Positions 18,654 through 28,417 are shown, counted from the first letter of the stretch. The stretch: 64,000 nucleotides of DNA from an uncultured Victivallales bacterium (GCA_964635275.1 CAZWPN010000003.1:800-64799); one strand, 5' to 3'. Program-made: numbers and translations. Notes: generated by a model not told the origin, from the sequence alone.

Positions 18654-20561
18654 TCAGGATGCCACGCCTGCCTTGTTATGACCGCGCTGCGTCAGGAGCG
18701 ACACGACGACAAGCACTATGAACCCGAGCGGGATCGTGACGATGGCCGGCTGGCTGAACGGTACAATGGCCCTGGCCGGGTCTAGGCCGTACACATCCTT
18801 GTACGCCTGAGCGCTCAGCAGTATCCACGCAAGCGAGGCAAGCATTCCGACGATAATGGCGGCGGTGATGCCCTCCTTGGTGGTGCGTTTCCAGAACAGC
18901 AGCATCAGTAACGCCGGCAGATTTGCAGAAGCGGCGATGTTGAAGGCCCAGCCCACAAGGAAATTAACGTTCATCTTTGAGAACAGTATTCCCATGATGA
19001 TCGCGATGACGCCTACGCATAGAGCGGCAATTTTCGCCGCACGAACCTTGGCGAAATCATCCATGGGAATCTTGAGGAAATTGGTCATCAAGTCGTGCGC
19101 AACAGCGCCACTGGCGGCCATTATCAATCCGCTAACCGTGCCAAGCACCGTTGTGAACGCCACAGCGGAAATCACGGCAAACAGGAATTCGTTGATGCTG
19201 CGGGCAAGAAGCGGGGCGCTCATGTTGGAATCCGTCACGTCGAGAGCGCCACTGGTCATGGCCCCGAGGCCGAGGAACAACGTCAGGACGTAGAAGAATC
19301 CGATGACCGCAATGCCTACCACCGTGCTCTTGCGGGCGCTGACCTGATCCTTGACGGTGTAGTATCGGATCAGGATGTGGGGCAGTGACGCGGTGCCGCA
19401 GAACAATGCGAGCATCAGTGAGAGAAAGTCGAGTTTGTCGATCCACTTCTTGCTGCGCACTTTCTTGAAGGTCGGACTGGAGCCGGGCGCCATGAAGTCC
19501 TTTCCGGAGGTCGGCTTTTGGTAGTACACCGTCGTGGTGCTGCCATCGGCGTTCGCTAACTTGTCGCTGGACCAGAGGATGACTTCGCTATCCTGCATGG
19601 TCTGTATAAACCCGAGCGGCCCGAGTCCGCCGGTCTTCTCCACACCGCCAGGAAGTTTGGAGGCATAGCCGACAGGATGCAAATCAGCTTCCCCAGGGTT
19701 CTTGCCTCGCGGCTTACCGTTTATGCGCTTCTTTCCATCTTTTTGGATGTCGACGGTCTGGGTCTCGGAGAAAGTGCCGTCAGCCTCCTTGCGCCAGACC
19801 GTTACGACGCCGTCAGCAGCCTGAATGTGGACGTACGGCTTGCCGATCCATGCACCCTCCTCAGGCAACACGACACCTGACAGTGCGGTGACATTGCGCG
19901 CAGCGATGTGGCGGAGGTTGCCGGCGGAGTCAGTGGGCTTGGTAGTGATGCCGCGGTGGAGCAGCAGGACGGTGATGACGGCGCAAAGCACAACGAGCAG
20001 GCTGCCCTTGATAAACTGGACCCAGGTGGTGGAGACCATGCCGGCTGTAGTGACGATCAGAGTCACGATGCAGCCGACGACAATCACCCCGACGTAGTGG
20101 GGGAATCCGAGCAACGGTTGAACCAGCGCGCCGGCACCGACCATCTGGGGAATAAGGTAGAAACAACTGACGACTAGTGTGCTGACAGCAGCGGCCAGCT
20201 TGATGCCGCGGGAATTGAACTTGTTGTCGAGTGCGTCGGCAAAGGTATATCGTCCCAGACGTTTTAGCGGTTCTGCTATGATGAACAAAGCCACGATCCA
20301 GCCGGCCAGGTAACCGATGGAGTAGAGGAAGCCGTCGTACCCGTAGAAGGCGATCATGCCGCAGATGCCCAGAAATGACGCCGCCGAGAGATAGTCACCC
20401 GCAAATGCGACGCCGTTGACAGCCCAGTGGATGCCGCCGCCGGCGGCGAAATAGCCGGAGGCGGATTTTGCCCTGCGGCCCAGGTAGAAACTGATGGCGA
20501 TGACACTACCGGCGAAGAACATGAAGATCAGGATGGCCATTAGCGAGGTTGCGTGAATCAT
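18654..20561 (-). CDS. actP: Cation/acetate symporter ActP (sodium:solute symporter family) with a large extracytoplasmic insertion
   Basis: AFAGDYLSAASFLG, GYDGFLYSIGYLAGW, YLIPQMVGAG, TTWVQFIKG, GTASLPHIL, VAFTTVLGTVSGL, ASANLP. Confidence 0.9.
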   Translation of the reverse strand: MIHATSLMAILIFMFFAGSVIAISFYLGRRAKSASGYFAAGGGIHWAVNGVAFAGDYLSAASFLGICGMIAFYGYDGFLYSIGYLAGWIVALFIIAEPLKRLGRYTFADALDNKFNSRGIKLAAAVSTLVVSCFYLIPQMVGAGALVQPLLGFPHYVGVIVVGCIVTLIVTTAGMVSTTWVQFIKGSLLVVLCAVITVLLLHRGITTKPTDSAGNLRHIAARNVTALSGVVLPEEGAWIGKPYVHIQAADGVVTVWRKEADGTFSETQTVDIQKDGKKRINGKPRGKNPGEADLHPVGYASKLPGGVEKTGGLGPLGFIQTMQDSEVILWSSDKLANADGSTTTVYYQKPTSGKDFMAPGSSPTFKKVRSKKWIDKLDFLSLMLALFCGTASLPHILIRYYTVKDQVSARKSTVVGIAVIGFFYVLTLFLGLGAMTSGALDVTDSNMSAPLLARSINEFLFAVISAVAFTTVLGTVSGLIMAASGAVAHDLMTNFLKIPMDDFAKVRAAKIAALCVGVIAIIMGILFSKMNVNFLVGWAFNIAASANLPALLMLLFWKRTTKEGITAAIIVGMLASLAWILLSAQAYKDVYGLDPARAIVPFSQPAIVTIPLGFIVLVVVSLLTQRGHNKAGVAS

Positions 20562-20573
20562 GGAAAGAATCTC

Positions 20574-20846
20574 CTATTTGGACGATTTTCGGCAGAGTTT
20601 CATATAGAGGAGCGCCAGGACGAGTGCCGCCAAGATAAGGGCGAAACCGTACACCACGGCGAGGTTGGCTCCTCCAAGAAACGGTCGACTCATAGTCTCG
20701 GGAGAGAATGCGCTCAGAGCCATGAAGCCACCGTAGAAGATGACGTAAACGAGAAAGAGTATGACGCCCTTACGGCTATTGTAGGCCACAACAGCCGCGT
20801 CTTCCTGTTCCTTGGCCACAGGTGCCTTGAAGTCTAGTCCTGCCAT
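20574..20846 (-). CDS. DUF485 family (YjcH-like) small membrane protein
   Basis: 90 aa with two TM helices (YNSRKGVILFLVYVIFYGGFM; ANLAVVYG), immediately upstream of actP as is typical. Confidence 0.88.
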   Translation of the reverse strand: MAGLDFKAPVAKEQEDAAVVAYNSRKGVILFLVYVIFYGGFMALSAFSPETMSRPFLGGANLAVVYGFALILAALVLALLYMKLCRKSSK

Positions 20847-20868
20847 GATTGACTCCTTTTCGTCGTTA

Positions 20869-22116
20869 TCAGAATGTGTACTTTGTGCCCAACGCGATCA
20901 GGTTGCGAGCAAACTCACGTCCCGATTTGCCGGGAATTCCGCTCTTTGCCTCATCATGGGAGTAGGAGATGTCGGCGATGAAATGCTTGTTGAAGGTGTA
21001 GACCAAGCCAGCACTGGGTGTGTAGATCCAGTCATCCCTCATGACAGGAGCCTGCCATTCGCCCTGGTAGCACTTCATGCCGAGTGCGGCGTTCAGTTCG
21101 TCGGTGACCTGATGCTTCCAGTTGGCGCTGTAAACGACATCCTCATAGATGCTGTGACTTGCAAAGGCGGGCTGCTCGTAACGGGTGATCAGCAAGGTGA
21201 CGGAATCACGCTTGCCGAGCGCGAGCGTCGCCGAAGCATCTACGTACCACAGAAGTTCAGCTTTTTCGAACGCAGTCGGGATGCTGGCTTCGTCGAAACT
21301 CCGGAGGTCTGGACCGGCTTGCACATTCAACTTGAGCCAGTCGGTGGGTGTTCCTTCCACGCCGGCAAGGATGCGGTGGTAGTGGCTGCTGTAGGGGCTG
21401 GCTACACCAAGTCGGTCGCCTTGGTGTTGTTGACCGTAACGATAGCCGAGCACCATCCATGTCTTGCTAAGGACTTCGGCGCCGACATCGAGGCCGCCGT
21501 TGACATCGGAACGGTCAATGTAGTTCTCGTAACTTTTGTTGCTGCTCTGGAGGGTTCTGAAATCATGAGCGTAGGACGTGATGACGGGCCGGATGAGCCA
21601 GGATCCGGCGGTCTTGGTGATCTTCGCGCTGTTGCGAAAGATGGTCGCGTCGCGTCGGTCTCGCAGCGGAACGCCGCCAATGGCGGGAATGTCGCCGCCC
21701 TGCTCGGTAAGGAATGTCACGCCTTGACCGTCCCCGTCAATGCCGACGATCGAATTGTTCACCTCCCACGCGGTCTGGCCAACCTTGCCGCCGATGTTGA
21801 AAGCTCCGCGATGGGCGATGTTGTTCTCAGATGAGGCGGAGTGGTAGTAGCTGAATTCGGGAGCGTATGAGAGGGTGGCTTTAAGGGTCGCGGCCTTCTT
21901 ATATTCGAGCGCGAGAGAAGGCGTGAAGGAAGAGACCATCGAACTCTTATCGGCGAGGTCGCTCTTCCCCTGAAGAAGGACGTTATCGTCGTATGTCTCT
22001 TTCACCGAAAGGCTGGAGGAGAGAACCCATGGAGAATCCGCCGCAGCATAGTGTGAAATGGAGCTCACGAATGTAAATACAGCCAACCCTACAACGGACT
22101 TAACGCGCAATGTCAT
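20869..22116 (-). CDS. Outer-membrane beta-barrel protein (BBP2-like)
   Basis: Signal peptide, ETYDDNV motif, alternating beta-strand pattern, C-terminal ...GTKYTF; start moved to ATG 22116. Confidence 0.8.
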   Translation of the reverse strand: MTLRVKSVVGLAVFTFVSSISHYAAADSPWVLSSSLSVKETYDDNVLLQGKSDLADKSSMVSSFTPSLALEYKKAATLKATLSYAPEFSYYHSASSENNIAHRGAFNIGGKVGQTAWEVNNSIVGIDGDGQGVTFLTEQGGDIPAIGGVPLRDRRDATIFRNSAKITKTAGSWLIRPVITSYAHDFRTLQSSNKSYENYIDRSDVNGGLDVGAEVLSKTWMVLGYRYGQQHQGDRLGVASPYSSHYHRILAGVEGTPTDWLKLNVQAGPDLRSFDEASIPTAFEKAELLWYVDASATLALGKRDSVTLLITRYEQPAFASHSIYEDVVYSANWKHQVTDELNAALGMKCYQGEWQAPVMRDDWIYTPSAGLVYTFNKHFIADISYSHDEAKSGIPGKSGREFARNLIALGTKYTF

Positions 22117-22161
22117 ACTCACCACACCTTCTGTTAATGCCGACCAGCAGATAAAACCGCC

Positions 22162-22200
22162 CTTCCGGCGGCAAGCTTCCGGCGCCAAGCGTTCCGGAAG
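22162..22200. repeat. Tandem 14-bp quasi-palindromic repeat upstream of the barrel-DUF485-actP operon
   Basis: CTTCCGGCGGCAAG (22162-22175), CTTCCGGCGCCAAG (22176-22189), then degenerate CGTTCCGGAAG. Confidence 0.75.
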
Positions 22201-22411
22201 TTCGCCCACAAACTATCGCCGTTGCGGACACGTCTGTCAATTGCTAACAAGTCAACCTGACTGATCCTGTCTTCATCCTTGCTATGCAATTCGCGCCATG
22301 GCAATCTCTCGCTTCAAGTATCTACATGGTCGTCCATGCGCGCAGTGCGTCGGGCGTCGACGATGCGGGTACGAGGAAGGCGAACACATTTCCACAACCG
22401 GGGAGGCAGAG

Positions 22412-23947
22412 GTGCTGGCCACGATCAATTCGGGCGCTGTGTATGGCGTGGACGCCTATCCCGTGGAGATTGAGGTCAATGCCGGTCGTGGCGAACCTCA
22501 GACCGTGATAGTCGGGTTGCCTGACGCGGCGGTGAAGGAGAGCAAGGACCGGGTTCATACCGCCGTCCTCAACTCCGGATTCAAGACGCACATCGGCCGC
22601 ACGACGATCAATCTAGCCCCTGCCGATGTAAGGAAGGAAGGGCCCAGCTTTGACCTGCCGATTGCGGTGGGTTTGCTGGCGGCTAAGGGGGAAATTCGCC
22701 CCGATCTACTTAGCCAGTTCTCGTTGATAGGAGAACTGGCATTGAGTGGCGAGGTTCGCAGGGTGAAGGGCATTCTGCCGATAGCGATGTGCGCGAAAGA
22801 TGAGGGGCGGCGGGGTATTCTTGTGCCGGCCGGCAACGCCGAGGAGGCTGCGGTTGTTGAGGGACTGGAGGTCTATCCGGTTCGGACACTTCGCCAGGCC
22901 GTGGATTTTCTGAACGGGATCCTTCCGCAGACACCTTGCGAGGTGGACATCGCCGCGGAGTTTGATGCGGTGAGCGAACATGATGACGACTACGCCGACG
23001 TCAAGGGGCAGGAGCAGGCCCGGCGGGCGGTCGAGGTTGCTGTGGCAGGCGGCCACAACATCCTGATGATTGGGCCTCCAGGGACTGGCAAGACCATGCT
23101 CGCCAAGCGGATACCCTCGATTCTGCCGGCGCTTTCGCTGGCGGAGGCTTTGGAGGCAACCAAGATACACAGTATCGCTGGAACACTCGATGCCCACCGG
23201 GCGTTGCTCACCAGGAGGCCATTCCGATCGCCGCACCACACGATTTCCGACGCAGGACTGCTTGGTGGCGGCGCACATCCGGTGCCGGGCGAGGTAAGCC
23301 TGGCCCATCACGGTGTGCTCTTTCTCGACGAACTTCCTGAGTTTCATAGAAATGTGCTGGAAGTGTTGCGGCAGCCGCTGGAAGACGGAGTGGTCACGAT
23401 TGCACGTGCCGCCGCTAGCGTGACTTTTCCCTGCCGATTCATGCTCGTCGCCGCCATGAATCCCTGTCCGTGCGGATTCTATGGCGATCCCAAACGCGAG
23501 TGCCGGTGTTCCCAGCGGCAGATTATGGTCTATCGCAACAAGATATCGGGACCGCTGTTGGACCGTATTGATATCCATGTGGAAGTTCCTGCAATGCGTT
23601 ACCAGGAACTGACCGCCCTCGCCAAAGGTGAAACCTCGGCCATAATGCGGGAACGCATCACCAAGGCAAGAGGCATACAGTTGGCGCGCTTCAAGGGGTT
23701 GCGCAAGGTGCACTGCAACGCGGTGATGAATCCCAAGGCGCTGCAGCGGTTCTGTACGCTGGATGCCGATACGCAGAGTCTGCTCAAGACGGCGATCGGC
23801 GAACTCAACCTGAGCGCTCGGGCGTACGACCGCATCCTGCGTGTTGCCCGAACCATCGCGGACATGGCGCACATGGAAAGCATTCGTCCGGAACATGTTA
23901 CGGAGGCCATCCAGTACCGTACACTGGACCGCCAACTCTGGGTATAA
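22412..23947 (+). CDS. comM: YifB/ComM family Mg-chelatase-like AAA+ ATPase
   Basis: [87 protein letters not shown]; GTG 22412 with GGAGG RBS. Confidence 0.93.
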   Translation: MLATINSGAVYGVDAYPVEIEVNAGRGEPQTVIVGLPDAAVKESKDRVHTAVLNSGFKTHIGRTTINLAPADVRKEGPSFDLPIAVGLLAAKGEIRPDLLSQFSLIGELALSGEVRRVKGILPIAMCAKDEGRRGILVPAGNAEEAAVVEGLEVYPVRTLRQAVDFLNGILPQTPCEVDIAAEFDAVSEHDDDYADVKGQEQARRAVEVAVAGGHNILMIGPPGTGKTMLAKRIPSILPALSLAEALEATKIHSIAGTLDAHRALLTRRPFRSPHHTISDAGLLGGGAHPVPGEVSLAHHGVLFLDELPEFHRNVLEVLRQPLEDGVVTIARAAASVTFPCRFMLVAAMNPCPCGFYGDPKRECRCSQRQIMVYRNKISGPLLDRIDIHVEVPAMRYQELTALAKGETSAIMRERITKARGIQLARFKGLRKVHCNAVMNPKALQRFCTLDADTQSLLKTAIGELNLSARAYDRILRVARTIADMAHMESIRPEHVTEAIQYRTLDRQLWV

Positions 23948-23997
23948 AACAGCGGTTGTAATTGTGGCGACGGCGAGAGGCGAGAGAGGAGTAGGCA

Positions 23998-24945
23998 ATG
24001 CGAATCATGATGGCAGTGGTGATGGCGGCGACAGTGGTCGGTACTGCTGGGGCTGGACCGTTGAAGAACGCGGACGTGGCTGGCGACGCGAAGTGGGTCG
24101 TCCACATTGACATGGAACGACTGCGCCAAAGCGATATGGGCCGTTACCTGTTGGGCAAGCTCACAACGGAGGACGCCAACAATAAGTTTGCGGCTTTTAT
24201 GGCGGTTTTCAATTTTGATCCGCGTAAGGACCTTTCCGGGATCACTGCCTATGGCGCATCCAATCTCCCGGATCAGGCGGCGGCTATTTTTGCGGGGACA
24301 TTCGATACCCAGCGTCTGGTAACACTGCTAAAGGCGCTGGACACATACAAGCAGGAGGCATATGGGACGTGGGTTATCCACAGTTGGGTCGACGATAGCA
24401 AGGGAACCTCCGCAAGGCAGTACGGATGCATGTACCCCTCCGGGCGGGTTGTCATTGGGCGTGGACTGCCGGCTATCAAGAAGGCGCTGGACGTATTGGA
24501 TGGCAAGCGGGCCTCGGTGATGCCGGGTTCGGCGCTAAAGGTGCAGGGAGCGGGTGATGCTATGGTTTTTGCGGCGGCTGTGCCCTCAGAAGATGTGATG
24601 CAGACCGATATGGCTGATTTTCTCAATCTGGCGCAGTACGTTCAGTTTTCGGTCCAGGAAGCGGGAGCAAAGCTCAGGGGTGAACTGGCGTTGACTGCGC
24701 AGGATGCCTCCGTTGCGACGAACCTGTGCGCGGTTGCGCAGGGGTTCATTGCAGTGGCACAGATGACCAAGGCCCAGAATCCGGACCTTGCCAGACTCGT
24801 GCAAGGGATGACGGTGAGTCTGGATGGGGCGACCGTCTGCGCCACGATGACACTGACGGTAGAGCAGATGGCCGGAATGATTGAGGCGCAGATAGTCAAA
24901 GCCAAGGCCGCGACGAATGCGCTGCCCGGTTCCGCTACTCCTTGA
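23998..24945 (+). CDS. Hypothetical secreted/periplasmic protein
   Basis: 315-aa ORF with signal peptide, RBS (GAGGAG) upstream, coherent composition; no family recognised. Confidence 0.75.
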   Translation: MRIMMAVVMAATVVGTAGAGPLKNADVAGDAKWVVHIDMERLRQSDMGRYLLGKLTTEDANNKFAAFMAVFNFDPRKDLSGITAYGASNLPDQAAAIFAGTFDTQRLVTLLKALDTYKQEAYGTWVIHSWVDDSKGTSARQYGCMYPSGRVVIGRGLPAIKKALDVLDGKRASVMPGSALKVQGAGDAMVFAAAVPSEDVMQTDMADFLNLAQYVQFSVQEAGAKLRGELALTAQDASVATNLCAVAQGFIAVAQMTKAQNPDLARLVQGMTVSLDGATVCATMTLTVEQMAGMIEAQIVKAKAATNALPGSATP

Positions 24946-25522
24946 GCACCATGTCAATGCACAGGACGGACGCCATGATCAACTGGCGGATCGGATTGTC
25001 AGGCGGGACCTTGTCCGAGATCTCAATCACATAGTTGTCGGCGCTGGTGAAGAGTTCGCGACCGAGTCCCGCCCATTTTTTCGTGACGTGTGCGAATTCG
25101 ACGTTGTCCTTCACGAACCGGAAATCCCAGCCGCTCCACTTGCCCTTGAGGGAGCAAACTGTCTGGCCGTTGGCGTCGTGGACGTCAAACGCGCCGCCGA
25201 AGGAGAACATTTTCTGCTTGAACCCTCCTATTGGGCGATCGTTCTCGTCCAGAACCGTGACCTTTGAAAGAAAGAACGAGACGCCTCGCGTGACGCGAAC
25301 CACCTGCTGACCTTCCGGCGTGCGGACTTGAATGTCAAAGGGCGTGGACCGTCTGTAATCGGAGAAGCGGAAGAGTTTTGTGAAAAAGCCCAGACGGTCC
25401 TCACGGCACTCCAGCATTATGGCGCCGGTCTCGGGGTTAAGGATGTCAAAGTTGTTGGCGGCCTTGAAGAAACCTACGTGCTCTTTGACTAGAAACAGGT
25501 TTCGGTTCAGGATCTCGTGCAT
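24935..25522 (-). CDS. Phospholipid scramblase-related / LURP-one (Tubby-like barrel) protein
   Basis: FKQKMFSFGGAFDV, LKGKWSGWDF, VTKKWAGLGRELFTSADNYVIEI, typical of bacterial scramblase-like proteins. Confidence 0.8.
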   Translation of the reverse strand: MHEILNRNLFLVKEHVGFFKAANNFDILNPETGAIMLECREDRLGFFTKLFRFSDYRRSTPFDIQVRTPEGQQVVRVTRGVSFFLSKVTVLDENDRPIGGFKQKMFSFGGAFDVHDANGQTVCSLKGKWSGWDFRFVKDNVEFAHVTKKWAGLGRELFTSADNYVIEISDKVPPDNPIRQLIMASVLCIDMVLKE

Positions 25523-25761
25523 ATCGCGCCTCCTTTTGCCTTAACGCGGGCCGATCCTAGCCTAACATCGGTGAGGCGTCCACCGGAAACTGCGGAAGAT
25601 CACAACCCGACTTCACTCAGGGGGCAGCGCTTGTCGCTGCCTGTGTGCAGACGCAAGATCAGCCCCACCGCATACACCTGCGGCACTGCGGGGACACGGA
25701 AGATCGGCAGCGTTGAAAGCCGGAAGATTGTGAATGCCTTGGAAAGCCTTTTGGTCGGGGT

Positions 25762-26313
25762 CTAGCTCAATCCGAAGGCGGTGGTTGCCCTGACCAGAAA
25801 GTCCTGCTCCTGCGGTTTGATTGGGCCGTCGGCGTTGGCCAGGTCAGTCAGCAGGTTCACGGTTTGCCGCAGTACGGTGACATTGCCGGCATGGATGGCG
25901 CAATAGGCCTTGGCGTGAGCATCAAACGGTGTGGGACTGTTGTAGGCGCTGCGGAGCATTTCGAACAAACGCCCGCGGGCTGCCTGGTCCAATGAACGGC
26001 GCTCGGAGAGGTACAGATCCACGACGGCTGTTTCCTCCGGACGGAGCGGGCCGTCGCACAGGGCGAGTTTGCCCATCATCGAGAATAAGTGAAAGAGGCT
26101 GTCCAACTCCGGGTTGGCTGCCGCCCGGGGCTCGACCATGTCGCTGTTGGGCGGAAGATCGCCCTTTGCAGGTTCATCCGCCGGTCTATGAATCTTCGGC
26201 GCGGTGCCTTCCACTTGCTTCTTGGACCAGTCAATAATCTTCGACAGCAACCAGTAGCCAACCACGAAACACACGAGGACGAACACCATGAACCACCAGG
26301 GGATGGATGTCAT
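25762..26313 (-). CDS. TerB-like (DjlA N-terminal-like) membrane-anchored protein
   Basis: N-terminal TM, MMGKLALCDGPLRPEE and LANADGPIKPQEQDFL (two TerB half-motifs); ATG 26313 overlaps the upstream stop (TAATG). Confidence 0.75.
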   Translation of the reverse strand: MTSIPWWFMVFVLVCFVVGYWLLSKIIDWSKKQVEGTAPKIHRPADEPAKGDLPPNSDMVEPRAAANPELDSLFHLFSMMGKLALCDGPLRPEETAVVDLYLSERRSLDQAARGRLFEMLRSAYNSPTPFDAHAKAYCAIHAGNVTVLRQTVNLLTDLANADGPIKPQEQDFLVRATTAFGLS

Positions 26314-27473
26314 TATGCAGAACTCCTTTGCGCGGGCGCTATCGTTGACAGTGGCACTCCGGAACAGTCCGGACAATCGCCGGCCGACAGTGTAAACAGT
26401 CCATGGCAGCGGGGGCAATAAGAGTGGGAATCCGAGCATCCTGGCGGAGGCGCGAGTATCGCATCCAATGTCATGCCGCGTGCGCTGAGAAACGGCGTCA
26501 ACCAGAGTATCTGACGTTCCCTGAACCACGCGTCGGTTGCGCGCGTCAGCGGATCGTCAGGCAACGGATGAATGGGGTGTCTCATGTCGCGTATCAGACC
26601 TGCTGCAAAGGCCTCAAACTCGGCTCGTTTCGCGAGAAGCGCGGCAGCGGCAACAGGGTGTGTCGGTTCGGCGATGTGTCTTGAAACGGCATCGACGGCG
26701 CGGATGGCCATCGGCGGGCATGGGGCCATCTTGAGCGTGTGATCGAACCGGTCTGCAACGTGTCCCGGGAGGAACCGGCGGTGGGCCCGACGGTATAGCA
26801 GGACGACCGGCACGTGGAGCAGGATGACACCGCCAATGAGCGGAAGGAGGAGCATGAGAGAGCCGAGAATGGTTATCAGCGCGGGGCTGACTACGAAAAG
26901 GTATACCCAGAGGCCCGCGCAGAGGATACGAAGTGCGCGAGTGCCGCGTCGGAAATCTGCGAGGCGCTGATCCAGTCCGGTCGGGTCAAGCGTGGCGGAC
27001 CATGCCTTCTGCAGCGCCGCTTCGCGATCGCCGGCCTGAAGCGTACACAACAAGCGGATCAGTTCGGCGAAACGGGCTGCCGCCGGCTCGCTCTCGCACT
27101 CGGCGAATACATTTCCGTTGATGCACAAGTCCCGCCCGGAGACGGCAACATCGCTGATGTCATCAAACCGGAAACGGAGCCCGGTCTGTGGCGGTCGCCC
27201 CAGCGGCGACAGAGTCTGAGCGGAGTAGGCGGCTACGGCGTCCGGCGAGAACGACAGCGGCCAAGGGCGCGACAGTAAGACCGTGCCGAATGGCGGGAGT
27301 GGATTAAGCCACATTAGCGCGCCCCTGGCGCTACCCAGTGCTCCGTCGGCCGACCTTACGTGGTAGCGCCGGAAGAATGCTTGCAGCATGATGGCATGGC
27401 GGTGAACGAATACCATGCAGTCGCTCAGGTAGAGCAGGATCAGGACCAGCAGCAACTTGCCAGCATCCGACAT
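26313..27473 (-). CDS. Hypothetical membrane protein with C-terminal zinc ribbon
   Basis: Hydrophobic segments; C-terminal CPRC-x9-CPDC. Confidence 0.7.
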   Translation of the reverse strand: MSDAGKLLLVLILLYLSDCMVFVHRHAIMLQAFFRRYHVRSADGALGSARGALMWLNPLPPFGTVLLSRPWPLSFSPDAVAAYSAQTLSPLGRPPQTGLRFRFDDISDVAVSGRDLCINGNVFAECESEPAAARFAELIRLLCTLQAGDREAALQKAWSATLDPTGLDQRLADFRRGTRALRILCAGLWVYLFVVSPALITILGSLMLLLPLIGGVILLHVPVVLLYRRAHRRFLPGHVADRFDHTLKMAPCPPMAIRAVDAVSRHIAEPTHPVAAAALLAKRAEFEAFAAGLIRDMRHPIHPLPDDPLTRATDAWFRERQILWLTPFLSARGMTLDAILAPPPGCSDSHSYCPRCHGLFTLSAGDCPDCSGVPLSTIAPAQRSSA

Positions 27474-27475
27474 GG

Positions 27476-28327
27476 CTACTCAGATTTCTTGCGGCTGAAT
27501 AGCTTCTTAATCCAGATGCCTGCAGCGGCAGCGGCGATGATCAGGGGCTTGAGCAGTTTCTGAAGCAGGCCGGTCTTGACGGCCACAGCGGCGGCGCCGC
27601 CGGCCACCAGGGCGGCCAACCCGTACTTGGCGATCTTGTCGCCCTGCCGGAACTCACTGTACTTCTGCCCGGACTTGAACTGAAACTCCGCGATGCGGCT
27701 GTTAAAGTCGGGCAGTACTTCCGGCAGTTTGTCCGGGGCTACCACCAGGGTGGCCTTCATGACACCCTTGCGGCCGAGCAGCCGTGTGTTGTGGTTGAGG
27801 ATCATTTCGTTGTTGTCGTCCTTTGCACGGATCGACCACTCCAAGTTGTGCGTCTGCTCGTTGTAGTGCGGTTCCTTCTCCCATCCGATGATGGTGATAC
27901 CAGGGTGACCGTTACCGCGGCGGATCTTGTTGCTCTCTTCCGTGGACGCCTGGATGTTTTTCAGCATGCTTTCCGCCTGGAGGTCCTTCTTCTCGTCGTC
28001 CTTGATGTATCCGACCTCGTCGAACTCGAAAACGATAAACCAGGCAATGTTCGTAGGTGCAAGGAATCCGACCTCGTTGCCGGATACGATGTTGCCCATG
28101 GCAACCATAAGTGCGCGCGTGTCCTTGCCGTTGGCCAGAATGTAGCCGTCCGGAACATTGATCTCAGCCCATCCCTCCAGGCTGCCGGTCGCCGGGCCCT
28201 TGGTCCAGTTGATCTTGTGTTGCTTACCCCCCTTTTCATCATCCTCGGCAAGGGAAGCGGATGGAGATGACAGGGAGAACGTTAGCAGGACGAGCATGGC
28301 AACGATTCCATTGCGGTACAGTGTCAT
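27476..28327 (-). CDS. DUF2167 family membrane-anchored protein
   Basis: Signal peptide, FEFDEVGYIKDD, GWEKEPHYNEQTHNLEW, NHNTRLLGRKGV, F..G.KYSEF..GDKIAKYGLAALVAGG. Confidence 0.88.
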   Translation of the reverse strand: MTLYRNGIVAMLVLLTFSLSSPSASLAEDDEKGGKQHKINWTKGPATGSLEGWAEINVPDGYILANGKDTRALMVAMGNIVSGNEVGFLAPTNIAWFIVFEFDEVGYIKDDEKKDLQAESMLKNIQASTEESNKIRRGNGHPGITIIGWEKEPHYNEQTHNLEWSIRAKDDNNEMILNHNTRLLGRKGVMKATLVVAPDKLPEVLPDFNSRIAEFQFKSGQKYSEFRQGDKIAKYGLAALVAGGAAAVAVKTGLLQKLLKPLIIAAAAAGIWIKKLFSRKKSE

Positions 28328-28417
28328 AGAATACCCCGTTTCGTTTCTTTCTGAGCGCTGCTGGCAGGATAGGCGAAGACAGTGTTGCCGACAAGTCGAA
28401 CTTCTTCGCCTCTCGTG

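Noticed and set aside
25590-25730. Four scattered (GG)AAGAT(C) words upstream of the scramblase-like gene
   Set aside because: Short and irregularly spaced; compatible with chance.
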